Below, piece after piece: positions 28,400-37,241 of a stretch of 64,000 nucleotides of DNA. Where the stretch lies: assembly GCA_036275915.1 (NCBI GenBank), contig DASUCV010000018.1, positions 291,054-355,053 of the forward strand. Reading direction: 5' to 3'. The notes under the pieces are model-generated. The model did no database searches, had not been told where the DNA came from, and worked only from the letters and a program-made list of their open reading frames with translations. The position numbers and the translations under genes were made by a program. Position 1 is the stretch's first letter, and the number at the start of each line of letters is the position of its first letter. Source of the DNA: Candidatus Polarisedimenticolaceae bacterium (lineage in GTDB: Bacteria > Acidobacteriota > Polarisedimenticolia > Polarisedimenticolales > DASRJG01).

Positions 28400-28980
28400 G
28401 CGGAGCCCGCGTCGCTGCGGCGACGCTCGCGGCCGTGCTTGCCGCAGCACCGCTCCATGCATCGTCGTCGCCCCCGCTCCCGTACCGCTTGGCGGTGGAG
28501 GTGCGGTGGGGCGCCGGCGGGGGGCCGGAGGCGTTCCGCGACGACGTCGCCCGCGCGCTCGCCGATGCCTTCACCGGGCGGTGCTACGCCGCGGCGAGCG
28601 CCGGCGCGGACGACCCGTCGGCACCCGCCGATCTCCACCTCGCCGTCTCGCTTTCCGCCCTCAAGGAGCAGCTGCGCTTTCTCGACTCGATCTCGACCTC
28701 CTTGGCGCCCGGCGATCCCGCCAAGGAGCTTCGGCGCACGGCGCTCTTCGACGTCAACGTCGACGGAGCGCTGACGACGGCGGGGGCGGCACCCGTTCAG
28801 GCCAAGCACTTCGTCGTCAGCGTGTCGCGCCAACCGACGATGCTCGGCGAGGACCCCCAGATCACGGCACGCACGTTCGCCGTCGAGCGGATCGTGGACG
28901 AGCTCGGCAAGGCGATGTGCAAGGGGCAGGACAAGCTCGACAAGAAGATCAAGGCGGCGCTCACGCAACCCGCGCGTTGA
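28396..28980 (+). CDS. Hypothetical secreted protein (signal peptide, no recognised domain)
   Basis: 194 aa, with an ATGA overlap with the cNMP/FHA gene. Signal peptide MSGARVAAATLAAVLAAAPLHA. It is the last gene before trpS. Confidence 0.5.
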   Translation: MSGARVAAATLAAVLAAAPLHASSSPPLPYRLAVEVRWGAGGGPEAFRDDVARALADAFTGRCYAAASAGADDPSAPADLHLAVSLSALKEQLRFLDSISTSLAPGDPAKELRRTALFDVNVDGALTTAGAAPVQAKHFVVSVSRQPTMLGEDPQITARTFAVERIVDELGKAMCKGQDKLDKKIKAALTQPAR

Positions 28981-29052
28981 CCCCCGCGCTCGCGGGTGTT
29001 ACTCTCCGCGAGCGCCCGCACGACCTCCGCGAAGCGTTTCCTCGGTGATGCG

Positions 29053-30051
29053 ATGACGCCAGAGCCACGCCCTCGGATCCTCTCCGGGATGCGGCCCACG
29101 GGGCCGTTGCATCTCGGGCATCTCGTCGGTGCGCTCGCGAACTGGGTGCGGCTGCAAGAAACGCACGCGTGCTTCTTCCCGATCGTCGACTGGCACGCGC
29201 TGACAACCGACTACGCCGACCCTTCGATGGTGCGGGGCTTCGTGCACGAGGTCGCGCTCGACTGGCTCGCCGCCGGCATCGACCCGGCGCGTGCCGTCGT
29301 CTTCGTCCAGTCCGACGTCAAGGAGCACGCCGAGCTCCACCTCCTGCTCTCGATGATCGTCCCGCTCTCGTGGCTCGAGCGGGTGCCGACGTACAAGGAG
29401 CAGCAGGAGCAGCTCCGCGAGCGCGACCTCGCCACCTACGGATTCCTCGGCTACCCGCTGCTCCAGGCCGCGGACATCCTCGCGTACCGGCCCATGGGCG
29501 TTCCGGTGGGGGACGACCAGGTGCCTCACCTCGAGCTGTGCCGTGAGATCGCACGGCGCTTCAACCATCTCTACGGCGAGGTCTTCCCCGAGCCGCAGGC
29601 GCTCCTGACGAAATCACCGCGCCTCCCGGGGACGGACGGCCGCAAAATGTCGAAGTCGTACGGCAACGCGATCTTCCTGAGCGATCCGCCGGACACGGTG
29701 AAGACGAAGATCGACGCCATGCTCACCGATCCGGCGCGGACTCACCGCCACATCCCTGGGAATCCGGAGATCTGCCCGGTCTTCGCGTGTCACAAGGTGT
29801 TCTCGGCTCCGGACACGGTCGCGTGGGCCGACGCGGGATGCCGCACCGCGGGGATCGGATGCCGCGACTGCAAGGGCCGCCTCAAGGAGCGCGTCGTCGA
29901 GGTGATGGCGCCGATCGCCGCCAAGCGCGCCGCGCTCGCCGCCGCACCCGAGCGGATCGACGCCATCCTCGAGGACGGTGCCGGAAAGGCCCGCGCGGCG
30001 GCTGGCGAGACGCTGCGCCTCGTGCGCGCGGGGATGGGGTTGGGACGATGA
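29053..30051 (+). CDS. trpS: Tryptophan--tRNA ligase
   Basis: 332 aa from ATG 29053. HIGH-type motif (PTGPLHLGHLVG), GYPLLQAADIL, VPVGDDQVPHLEL and KMSKS are present. Confidence 0.93.
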   Translation: MTPEPRPRILSGMRPTGPLHLGHLVGALANWVRLQETHACFFPIVDWHALTTDYADPSMVRGFVHEVALDWLAAGIDPARAVVFVQSDVKEHAELHLLLSMIVPLSWLERVPTYKEQQEQLRERDLATYGFLGYPLLQAADILAYRPMGVPVGDDQVPHLELCREIARRFNHLYGEVFPEPQALLTKSPRLPGTDGRKMSKSYGNAIFLSDPPDTVKTKIDAMLTDPARTHRHIPGNPEICPVFACHKVFSAPDTVAWADAGCRTAGIGCRDCKGRLKERVVEVMAPIAAKRAALAAAPERIDAILEDGAGKARAAAGETLRLVRAGMGLGR

Positions 30052-30785
30052 GCGACGACGGCCTCCGCGTCCACGTCGCGGCCTTCGAAGGGCCCCTCGA
30101 CCTCCTCCTGCACCTCGTGCGCGTCAACGAGGTCGACATCACGAACATCCCGATCGTCGAGATCGCCGCCCAGTACGACACCTACCTCGCGATGATGCGC
30201 GAGCTCGATCTCGAGGTCGCCGGCGAGTACCTCGTCATGGCCGCGACGTTGGTCCACATCAAGTCGCGCCTCCTCCTGCCTCCCGATCCCACGCTCCCCG
30301 AGGAGGCCACCGAAGACCCACGCGCCGAGCTGACCCGCCAGCTCCTCGAGTACCAGCAGCTCAAGCAGGCGACCGAGAACCTCCAGGCGATCGACAGCGT
30401 CCGGAGCCTCATCTGGACGAAGGGCGGATCGGTTCCGGCGGAGTTCGAGGGGGAGGAGCTCCTCTCGGTCGAGCTCTTCGACGTCATCGCGGCGTTCAAG
30501 AAGCTGCTCGACCGCCTCGGCGACGACGTCAAGCTCCACCTGAGACGGGACGACGTCTCGGTCGCCGACAAGATCGCGTGGCTCGCGGATCTCCTCCGCG
30601 AGGGCACCTCGCTCGATTTCATCGAGACGATCGCGGCGCTGCCGTCGCGGATCGAGCGCATCGCGACGTTCCTCGCCGTGCTCGAGATGGTGCGCCTGCA
30701 GATGATCGTCCTGTTCCAGCGCGCGGCCTACGGCGACATCCGCATCGCGCTCCGGCAAGACGCCGCCCCGAGGGAGGAGACATGA
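30048..30785 (+). CDS. scpA: Segregation and condensation protein A (kleisin)
   Basis: 245 aa, with an ATGA overlap with trpS. FEGPLDLLLHLVRVNEVDITNIPIVEIAAQY and AGEYLVMAATLVHIKSRLLLP are present. Confidence 0.9.
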   Translation: MSDDGLRVHVAAFEGPLDLLLHLVRVNEVDITNIPIVEIAAQYDTYLAMMRELDLEVAGEYLVMAATLVHIKSRLLLPPDPTLPEEATEDPRAELTRQLLEYQQLKQATENLQAIDSVRSLIWTKGGSVPAEFEGEELLSVELFDVIAAFKKLLDRLGDDVKLHLRRDDVSVADKIAWLADLLREGTSLDFIETIAALPSRIERIATFLAVLEMVRLQMIVLFQRAAYGDIRIALRQDAAPREET

Positions 30786-31429
30786 CCGACCCGACCGTCC
30801 AGGCCGAGCCGACCGCCGCTCTCGTCGCGGCGGTCGAAGCGGTGCTCTTCGCCGCCGCCGAGCCGGTGCCGCCGAAGGAGATCGCGGCGGCGTTCGGCGA
30901 GACGACGGAAGAAGAGGTGGCCGCGGCCATCGAGGCGCTCCGGCGGCGCTATGCCGACGGCCCCGGCGGCCTCGTCGTGGAGCAGGTGGCCGGCGCCTTC
31001 CGTCTCGCGACGAAGCCCGAGGTCGGCGGGCTCGTCCGCCAGTTCTTCCGGCACCGCAACCGCACGCGACTCTCGACGGCCGCCCTCGAGACCCTCGCGA
31101 TCATCGCGTACCGCCAACCGATGACCCTTCCCGAGATCCAGGCAATGCGCGGCGTCGATCCGGCGGGCGCCGTGAAGAACCTCCTCGAGAAAAAGATGAT
31201 CCGCATCCTCGGGCGCAAGAAGGTCGTCGGCAACCCGCTCCTGTACGGCACGACGAAGCAGTTCCTCGTGCATTTCGGATTGAACCGTCTCGAGGATCTT
31301 CCCTCGCTCGAGGAGTTCGATCAGTTCCTCGGGGCGCTCGAAGAGGGCACCGCGCCCGAAGTCCCGGTCGACGACGCGGAGGAGACCGCCGACATCCGCG
31401 GCGCATCCTCCGATTCCGAAGAGGAATGA
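30782..31429 (+). CDS. scpB: Segregation and condensation protein B
   Basis: 215 aa, with an ATGA overlap with scpA. VEAVLFAAAEPV, LSTAALETLAIIAYRQPMTLPEI, RGVD and GRKKVVGNPLLYGTTKQFL are present. Confidence 0.9.
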   Translation: MTDPTVQAEPTAALVAAVEAVLFAAAEPVPPKEIAAAFGETTEEEVAAAIEALRRRYADGPGGLVVEQVAGAFRLATKPEVGGLVRQFFRHRNRTRLSTAALETLAIIAYRQPMTLPEIQAMRGVDPAGAVKNLLEKKMIRILGRKKVVGNPLLYGTTKQFLVHFGLNRLEDLPSLEEFDQFLGALEEGTAPEVPVDDAEETADIRGASSDSEEE

Positions 31430-32157
31430 GCGAGCGGCTGCACAAGGTCCTGGCGCACGCGGGGATCGCCTCGCGGCGCGCGTCCGAGCGGCTGATTCTC
31501 GAAGGGCGGGTCACCGTCAACGGCCGGATCGTCTCCGACCTCGGCACGAAGGTCGACCCGGCCGACGACGCCATCAAGGTCGACGGGAAAAGGGTCGCCG
31601 CCGAGCCTGCCCAAAAGACCTATCTCCTGCTCCACAAGCCCCGCGGTGTCGTCACCACCATGAGCGACCCCGAGGGCCGTCCGACGGTCGCGGAGCTCCT
31701 CCGGGGGATCCGCACCCGGGTGTACCCGGTCGGCCGGCTCGACTACGACAGCGAGGGCCTCCTGCTCTTGACCGACGACGGCGACCTCGCGCGCGACCTC
31801 ATGCATCCTTCGAGCGGCGTGGAAAAGCGCTACGTGGCCAAAGTCCGCGGTCGCCCCGAGCCGGAGACGCTGCGGCGGTTGGCGCGGGGGATCCCGCTCG
31901 ACGGCCGCCGCACCGCGCCGGCGCGGCTCAAGCTCTTGCGCCCCGCGGAGAACCCTTGGGTGGAGATCGTCGTCGCCGAAGGGCGGAACCGCCAGGTCCG
32001 CCGTATGTTCCAGGCGGTCGGCCACCCCGTCCAGAAGCTTCGGCGGACAGCTTACGGCGGCGTGGAGCTCGGAAGCCTCGCCCCCGGCGCCTTCCGCGCT
32101 CTGACCCCCGCCGAGGTCCGCAAGCTCCGTCGCGCCGCCGCCTCCGGATCGGCGTAA
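31426..32157 (+). CDS. rluB: Pseudouridine synthase, RsuA/RluB family (S4 domain + catalytic domain)
   Basis: 243 aa, with an ATGA overlap with scpB. The S4 domain reads RLHKVLAHAGIASRRASERLILEGRVTVNG. The catalytic Asp context reads VYPVGRLDYDSEGLLLLTDDG. Confidence 0.88.
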   Translation: MSERLHKVLAHAGIASRRASERLILEGRVTVNGRIVSDLGTKVDPADDAIKVDGKRVAAEPAQKTYLLLHKPRGVVTTMSDPEGRPTVAELLRGIRTRVYPVGRLDYDSEGLLLLTDDGDLARDLMHPSSGVEKRYVAKVRGRPEPETLRRLARGIPLDGRRTAPARLKLLRPAENPWVEIVVAEGRNRQVRRMFQAVGHPVQKLRRTAYGGVELGSLAPGAFRALTPAEVRKLRRAAASGSA

Positions 32158-32176
32158 TTCCCTGACCGGACTCACC

Positions 32177-32205
32177 TTGACACTCCAGCGGCCGATCTCT
32201 ACGAT
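32177..32205 (+). promoter_or_regulatory. Sigma70-type promoter for rpsA (TTGACA-17-TACGAT)
   Basis: TTGACA 32177-32182, 17-nt spacer, TACGAT 32200-32205. It leaves a GC-rich, hairpin-prone leader of about 110 nt before ATG 32323. Confidence 0.55.
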
Positions 32206-32322
32206 GCCGTCTTTGTCGGCCCGGAAATCGGGACCGGCAGCCCGCCGACGGCGGGTACCAACGGGACCGGCGCTTGATCGGATCGAGGGGCGCCGGCCCG
32301 ATCCAGGAGGATCGATCCCTTC

Positions 32323-34086
32323 ATGAGCATCCAGGAAGAAGACAAGGTCACTGTGAGCGGACACGACGCGATCGAGGACGCCGAAGATTTCGGCAAGGCC
32401 CTCGAGGCGTGGGAGAGCGGATTCAAGTCGCTCAAGGAAGGGGACGTCGTCCACGGACGCGTTCTCAAGATCCTCGAGAAAGAGGTCATCGTCGACATCG
32501 GATTCAAGTCCGAGGGCGTGATCGACATCGACGAGGTCCGCGGCTACGACGGCGGTCTCACGGTCAAGGTGGGCGACCGGATCGAAGTCCTCCTCGAGCG
32601 TACCGAGAACAACGACGGCTACGTGGTCCTCTCGAAAGAGAAGGCCGAGAAGATGAAGGTCTGGGACGACGTCGAGCGCGCGTTCGAGACCGGCGAGCCG
32701 GTCATGGGCCGCGTCATCGACCGCATCAAGGGCGGCCTCAAGGTCGACATCGGCGTGCCGGCGTTCCTGCCCGGCTCGCTCGTCGACGTGCGGCCGGTCC
32801 GCAATCTCGATGCGCTGCGCGGCCAGGAATTCCGGATGCGCGTCATCAAGGTCAACAAGCGGCGCGGCAACATCGTGCTCTCGCGCAAGGCGGTCCTCGA
32901 AGAGGAGAACGCCGAGAAGAAGACGAAGACGCTCACCGAGCTCGAGGAGGGGAAGATCCTCCGCGGCACGGTCAAGAACCTCACCGAGTATGGCGCGTTC
33001 ATCGACCTCGGCGGGATCGACGGCTTGCTCCACATCACCGATATGGCGTGGGGCCGCATCAACCATCCGTCGGAGAAGTTCCAGATCGGAGACGAGGTCG
33101 ACGTCGTCGTGCTGAAGTTCGACCGCGAGCGCGAGCGCGTGTCGCTCGGCTTCAAGCAGCTCCAGGACGATCCGTGGGAGACCGCGTCGTCGAAGTATCC
33201 GCCGCAGACGCGCATCCGCGGCAAGGTCGTCAGCCTCACCGACTACGGCGCCTTCATCGAGGTCGAAGAAGGGGTCGAAGGCCTCATCCACGTCTCCGAG
33301 ATGTCCTGGACCAAGCGCGTCAAGCATCCTTCGAAGATTCTGAACGCCGGCGATTGGGTCGAGTGCGTCGTGCTCGACATCGATCAAGAGGGGCGCCGCC
33401 TCTCGCTCGGCCTCAAGCAGACCGAGCCGAACCCGTGGGACCTCATCGATACGAAGTACCGTGTCGGCGACGTCATCAAGGGCAAGGTCAGGAACATCAC
33501 CGACTTCGGCGCGTTCGTCGAGGTCGAAGAAGGCGTCGACGGCCTCGTCCACATCTCCGATCTCTCGTGGACGCGCCGGATCAAGAACCCCGGAGAGGTC
33601 CTGAAGAAGGGCGACGACGTCGAGGCGATCATCCTCAAGATCGACTCGGAGAACCAGCGCCTTTCGCTCGGCATCAAGCAGCTTCAGCCGAACGTGATCG
33701 AGGACTTCTTCCGCAGCCACGGCGTCGGCGACATTCTCACCGGCCGGATCGTCCGCCTCACCGAGTTCGGCGCGTTCGTCGAGCTCTTCGAGGGGATCGA
33801 GGGCCTCGTGCACGTCTCCGAGATGTCGAAGGACCGGATCGAGAAGCCCGAGGAACACTTCGCGGTCGATCAAGAGGTCCGCGTGAAGATCGTCAAGATG
33901 GACGCCGCGGACAAGAAGATTGGCCTCTCGATCAAGGCGGCCTTGGACGAGCCCGAGGACAGCTCGCTCTCCTCGTACCAGCAGAGCCAGTCGGGCGACG
34001 GCAGCGCGACGCTCGGCGATCTCGTCGGCGGAGACATGCTGCGGCGCGGCACGCCGCGCGACGACGACGGGGGCGCGGATCGCTGA
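32323..34086 (+). CDS. rpsA: 30S ribosomal protein S1 (six S1 domains)
   Basis: 587 aa. Repeated S1 motifs are present: G.V..I...G.FVD.GG.DGLLHISD..W; examples are GTVKNLTEYGAFIDLGGIDGLLHITDMAW and GKVRNITDFGAFVEVEEGVDGLVHISDLSW. Confidence 0.95.
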   Translation: MSIQEEDKVTVSGHDAIEDAEDFGKALEAWESGFKSLKEGDVVHGRVLKILEKEVIVDIGFKSEGVIDIDEVRGYDGGLTVKVGDRIEVLLERTENNDGYVVLSKEKAEKMKVWDDVERAFETGEPVMGRVIDRIKGGLKVDIGVPAFLPGSLVDVRPVRNLDALRGQEFRMRVIKVNKRRGNIVLSRKAVLEEENAEKKTKTLTELEEGKILRGTVKNLTEYGAFIDLGGIDGLLHITDMAWGRINHPSEKFQIGDEVDVVVLKFDRERERVSLGFKQLQDDPWETASSKYPPQTRIRGKVVSLTDYGAFIEVEEGVEGLIHVSEMSWTKRVKHPSKILNAGDWVECVVLDIDQEGRRLSLGLKQTEPNPWDLIDTKYRVGDVIKGKVRNITDFGAFVEVEEGVDGLVHISDLSWTRRIKNPGEVLKKGDDVEAIILKIDSENQRLSLGIKQLQPNVIEDFFRSHGVGDILTGRIVRLTEFGAFVELFEGIEGLVHVSEMSKDRIEKPEEHFAVDQEVRVKIVKMDAADKKIGLSIKAALDEPEDSSLSSYQQSQSGDGSATLGDLVGGDMLRRGTPRDDDGGADR

Positions 34087-34111
34087 ATCGGCGGCGCGAG
34101 GAGGGGTGAGC

Positions 34112-34411
34112 GTGACCAAGGCCGACCTGGTCGAGGAAATCATCCGTGTCGCCGATCTCAGCAAGAAGGACGCCGAGATCGTCGTCCACACGGTCTTCGA
34201 GCAGATCATCGAGGCCTTGAAGGGAGACGACAAGATCGAGCTCCGCGGCTTCGGGAGCTTTCGCGTCCGCCGGCGCCGCTCGCGCCAGGGCAGGAACCCC
34301 AAGACGGGTGATCGCGTGGACGTTCCGTCCAAGCGCATCCCGTACTTCAAGCCGGGGAAGGAGCTGCGCGACCTGATCAACGGCGAGGACGGCGACGGCG
34401 CGGCGCCATGA
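34112..34411 (+). CDS. Integration host factor/HU family DNA-binding protein (IHF-beta-like position downstream of rpsA)
   Basis: 99 aa from GTG 34112 (GAGGAGGGG upstream). Signature: IELRGFGSFRVRRRRSRQGRNPKTGDRVDVPSKRIPYFKPGKEL. Confidence 0.88.
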   Translation: MTKADLVEEIIRVADLSKKDAEIVVHTVFEQIIEALKGDDKIELRGFGSFRVRRRRSRQGRNPKTGDRVDVPSKRIPYFKPGKELRDLINGEDGDGAAP

Positions 34412-35742
34412 GCGCGCCCAGGTACTTCATCGAGACCTGGGGCTGCCAGATGAACGTCCTCGACGCCGACAAGATGTCGGGGGCGCTCGAGCGGCACGGC
34501 TACCTCCGCGCCGGAAATCTCGAAGATGCCGACGTCGTGCTCCTCAACACATGCTCGATCCGCGAGAAGGCGCAGGAGAAGGTCTTCTCCGAGCTCGGCC
34601 GCCTGAAGCCGCTCAAGGCACGTAAGCCCGGTCTCGTCCTCGGCGTCTGCGGCTGCGTCGCGCAGCAAGAGGGCGCCTCGATCTTCGCGCGTGCGCCTCA
34701 TGTCGATCTCGTCGTCGGGACGCGCGCGACCGCGAGCCTTCCGATCTTCGTCGACCGCCTTCGGGCGGGGGACGAGTCCGCGCGGCATTCCGCCGACACG
34801 GAGCTCCGGAACGACTCCATCGATTTCCCCTACGAGCAGATCCGCCGCTCCCCGGCCACGGCAGGGAAGGCGTACGTGACGGTCATCGAGGGATGCAACC
34901 ACCGTTGCGCCTTCTGCGTCGTTCCGACGACGCGCGGTCGCGAGGTCTGTCGCGACCTCGATGACGTCCTCGCCGAGGTGCGCTCGCTCGCCGGTTCCGG
35001 AACGCGCGAGGTCGAGTTCCTCGGTCAGACCGTCAACGCCTATCGCGACGGCCGCGGCCGGACGCTCGCCGATCTCCTCCTGGAGACCCGTCGGGTCGAC
35101 GGCATCGACCGCATCCGGTTCACGACGTCTCATCCCGCGCAGATGACCGAGCGCCTCATGGACGCGATGGCCGAAGCGCGACCGAAGCTCTGCGCCTACC
35201 TCCACCTCCCGGTCCAGTCGGGCTCCTCCGCGGTGCTCGCCGCAATGCGTCGTGGATACGACCGCGAGGGGTACCTCCGCAAGATCGAGGGACTCCGCCG
35301 CCGCATGCCCGAGCTCGCGCTCGGAACCGATGTGATCGTCGGCTACCCGGCCGAGAGCGAGGCCGAGTTCGGGGAGACGCTGACGCTCCTGGAAGAGGTC
35401 GCCTTCGACACGGTGTATTCGTTCACGTACTCGCCCCGTCCAGGAACCGCCGCCGAAGGTCTCTCCGATCTCCCCGCCGAGGTCAAGTTCGATCGACTCG
35501 CACGCCTCCAAGCGCTCCAGAAGGAGATCCAGGAGCGCATCGGCCAACGCTTCGTCGGACGCGAGGTCGAGGTTCTCGTCGAAGGGGAGAACGTCAGGCG
35601 GGCGGGCGAATGGTCCGGCCGGTCTGCCGAGCATCGAGTCGTCAACTTCCGCGGCGAGTCGACACCCGGGCGCCTCGAGCGCGTGCGGATCACCCGCGCG
35701 ACGGCGTTCTCCCTGCGTGGCGAAATCGCCTGCGGGGCTTGA
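34408..35742 (+). CDS. miaB: tRNA-2-methylthio-N6-dimethylallyladenosine synthase (radical SAM methylthiotransferase)
   Basis: 444 aa, with an ATGA overlap with the upstream gene. UPF0004 domain (YFIETWGCQMN...NTCSIREKA), radical-SAM CxxxCxxC (GCNHRCAFCVVP) and a C-terminal TRAM domain. Confidence 0.92.
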   Translation: MSAPRYFIETWGCQMNVLDADKMSGALERHGYLRAGNLEDADVVLLNTCSIREKAQEKVFSELGRLKPLKARKPGLVLGVCGCVAQQEGASIFARAPHVDLVVGTRATASLPIFVDRLRAGDESARHSADTELRNDSIDFPYEQIRRSPATAGKAYVTVIEGCNHRCAFCVVPTTRGREVCRDLDDVLAEVRSLAGSGTREVEFLGQTVNAYRDGRGRTLADLLLETRRVDGIDRIRFTTSHPAQMTERLMDAMAEARPKLCAYLHLPVQSGSSAVLAAMRRGYDREGYLRKIEGLRRRMPELALGTDVIVGYPAESEAEFGETLTLLEEVAFDTVYSFTYSPRPGTAAEGLSDLPAEVKFDRLARLQALQKEIQERIGQRFVGREVEVLVEGENVRRAGEWSGRSAEHRVVNFRGESTPGRLERVRITRATAFSLRGEIACGA

Positions 35743-35788
35743 CCCCGCCCGGACCGAACGGTAACCTGCGGTCCTTCGGAGCTACGGC

Positions 35789-36274
35789 ATGCCGGTCGAG
35801 ATGAAGATCAAGGGCCTCATGTTCGATCCCGTCTCCCGGATGCCGATCGTCATCCTGAGAGCGAAGGCGGGCGATAATCTTTTGCCGATCTTCGTCGGCT
35901 ATTTCGAGGCGAACGCCATCCTGCAGCAGATCGACGGGAGCGTGGCGCCCCGCCCGATGACGCACGATCTCTTGAGCAACATGATCGACGCGCTCAAGGG
36001 CAAGGTCGAGCGCATCGTGATCACCGATCTTCGGGACAACACCTTCTTCGCGACGATCCACATCGACCGGGACGGACAGAAGCTCCGCATCGACAGTCGT
36101 CCCAGCGATGCGATGGCATTGGCGTTGCGCGTGAAGGCTCCGATCCTCGTCGAGGAAGCCGTCCTCGAGCGGTCCACGGCGTCCGGCGACGCAGGCCAGA
36201 TCGACGAAGCGGAGCGCCTCCGCCGGTGGCTCGAGAACGTCGATCCCGAGGAGCTCGGCCGCTACGAGATGTAG
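35789..36274 (+). CDS. Bifunctional nuclease (BFN/DUF151) domain protein
   Basis: 161 aa. PIVILRAKAGDNLLPIFVGYFEANAI and RPMTHDLL...ITDLRDNTFFATI...DSRPSDAMALALR match the BFN domain pattern. Confidence 0.8.
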   Translation: MPVEMKIKGLMFDPVSRMPIVILRAKAGDNLLPIFVGYFEANAILQQIDGSVAPRPMTHDLLSNMIDALKGKVERIVITDLRDNTFFATIHIDRDGQKLRIDSRPSDAMALALRVKAPILVEEAVLERSTASGDAGQIDEAERLRRWLENVDPEELGRYEM

Positions 36275-36279
36275 CGCCT

Positions 36280-36297
36280 CGCAACCGTCCGGTTGCG
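36280..36297 (+). terminator. Weak hairpin after the BFN gene (CGCAACC-GTCC-GGTTGCG), no U-tract
   Basis: A 7-bp stem and 4-nt loop begin 6 nt after the stop. It is followed by AAAGCTT, so this is not a canonical intrinsic terminator. Confidence 0.3.
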
Positions 36298-36330
36298 AAA
36301 GCTTGTGCCGACATTTTGGTCGACTCGCGG

Positions 36331-36359
36331 TTGACACTCGTCTCTCCGCCTCGTACACT
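36331..36359 (+). promoter_or_regulatory. Sigma70-type promoter for parAB (TTGACA-17-TACACT)
   Basis: TTGACA 36331-36336, 17-nt spacer, TACACT 36354-36359, 117 nt upstream of ATG 36477. Confidence 0.55.
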
Positions 36360-36476
36360 CACGCCGTTTCGAGGCGGTACTAGATCTTGCGTTGGCACTC
36401 GAGCGTTCCTCAACATCCTGTGGGCACGTCGAGCCCCATGAAGCCCAGCCTTCCCCAGCGCTGAAGGAGTACGTCC

Positions 36477-37241
36477 ATGGGTGCCATGACCGTCGTCGTC
36501 GCCAACCAGAAAGGTGGCGTCGGCAAGACCACGACCGCGATCAACCTCGCCGCAGCTCTCGCGCAGAAGCGCCTCAAAACCCTCCTCATCGATCTCGATC
36601 CGCAGGGGAACGCGACCCTCTCGTTCATCGATCCGAACGAGATGCCGTTGACCGCGTACGACCTTCTGGTCGAGCCCGCAGTGACGGCGGAGCAAGTCGT
36701 CAGGACCTCGACCAACGAGAACCTCGACGTCATTGGCGCACGCATCTCCCTCGCCAAAGCTGAGGTCAAGCTGGTGGGGGAGTTCGACAGCCATTTCCGG
36801 CTCAAGGACAAGCTCGACCCGATCCGCGATCTCTACGACTACGTCGTCATCGATACGCCGCCGACCCTTGGCATCCTCACGGTCAACGCCCTCGTGGCGG
36901 CGACGCATCTGCTCGTCCCGATCCAGGCGTCGTACTTCGCCCTCGAGGGAACCGACGATCTCCTCGAGACGTACGAGAAGATCCGTTCGCGGCCGAACCC
37001 GACGCTCGAGTTCCTGGGCGTCGTCATCACGCTCCATGACAAGCGCACCGTGCTGGCCCGAGACATCCAGCGGCAGATCCGCGACGTCTTCGGTGAGAAG
37101 GTCTTTCGCACGACGATCTCCAAGAGCGTCCGTCTCGAAGAGAGCCCGGCCTACAAGCAGAGCATCTTCACGTTCGCCCCGACGTCTTCGGGTGCGACCG
37201 AGTACTACAGTCTTTCGGAGGAGGTGATCTCCCGTGTCTAA
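36477..37241 (+). CDS. parA: Chromosome partitioning ATPase ParA/Soj
   Basis: 254 aa. Deviant Walker A NQKGGVGKTTTAINLA is present, then LIDLDPQGNAT and VVIDTPPTLG. Confidence 0.92.
   Translation: MGAMTVVVANQKGGVGKTTTAINLAAALAQKRLKTLLIDLDPQGNATLSFIDPNEMPLTAYDLLVEPAVTAEQVVRTSTNENLDVIGARISLAKAEVKLVGEFDSHFRLKDKLDPIRDLYDYVVIDTPPTLGILTVNALVAATHLLVPIQASYFALEGTDDLLETYEKIRSRPNPTLEFLGVVITLHDKRTVLARDIQRQIRDVFGEKVFRTTISKSVRLEESPAYKQSIFTFAPTSSGATEYYSLSEEVISRV

Noticed and set aside
28982-28995. Terminator after the last gene of the GTPase operon (CCCGCG-CT-CGCGGG)
   Set aside because: The stem is only 5-6 bp with a 2-4 nt loop and no following U-tract. I cannot distinguish it from random GC-rich self-complementarity.
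31321-35634. 1437-aa ORF on the minus strand spanning rluB, rpsA, the IHF gene and miaB
   Set aside because: It is the antisense shadow of four well-supported plus-strand genes. Its translation is an Arg/Ala/Gly/Asp/Glu-rich smear with no motif. Long stop-free antisense frames are expected at this GC content.
36393-36409. Sigma-54 promoter-like TGGCAC in the parA leader; other candidates are TGGCAC at 59961-59977 and TGGCAG at 59902-59918
   Set aside because: rpoN is in the window, so I checked GG-N10-GC spacing. None has GC at the required -12 position: TT at 36406-36407, and off by one at the other two. They are not supported.
36438-36464. 8-codon uORF (MKPSLPQR*) whose stop overlaps the parA Shine-Dalgarno
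   Set aside because: It has no SD of its own and is too short to assess. Such mini-ORFs arise by chance, and I have no conservation evidence available.
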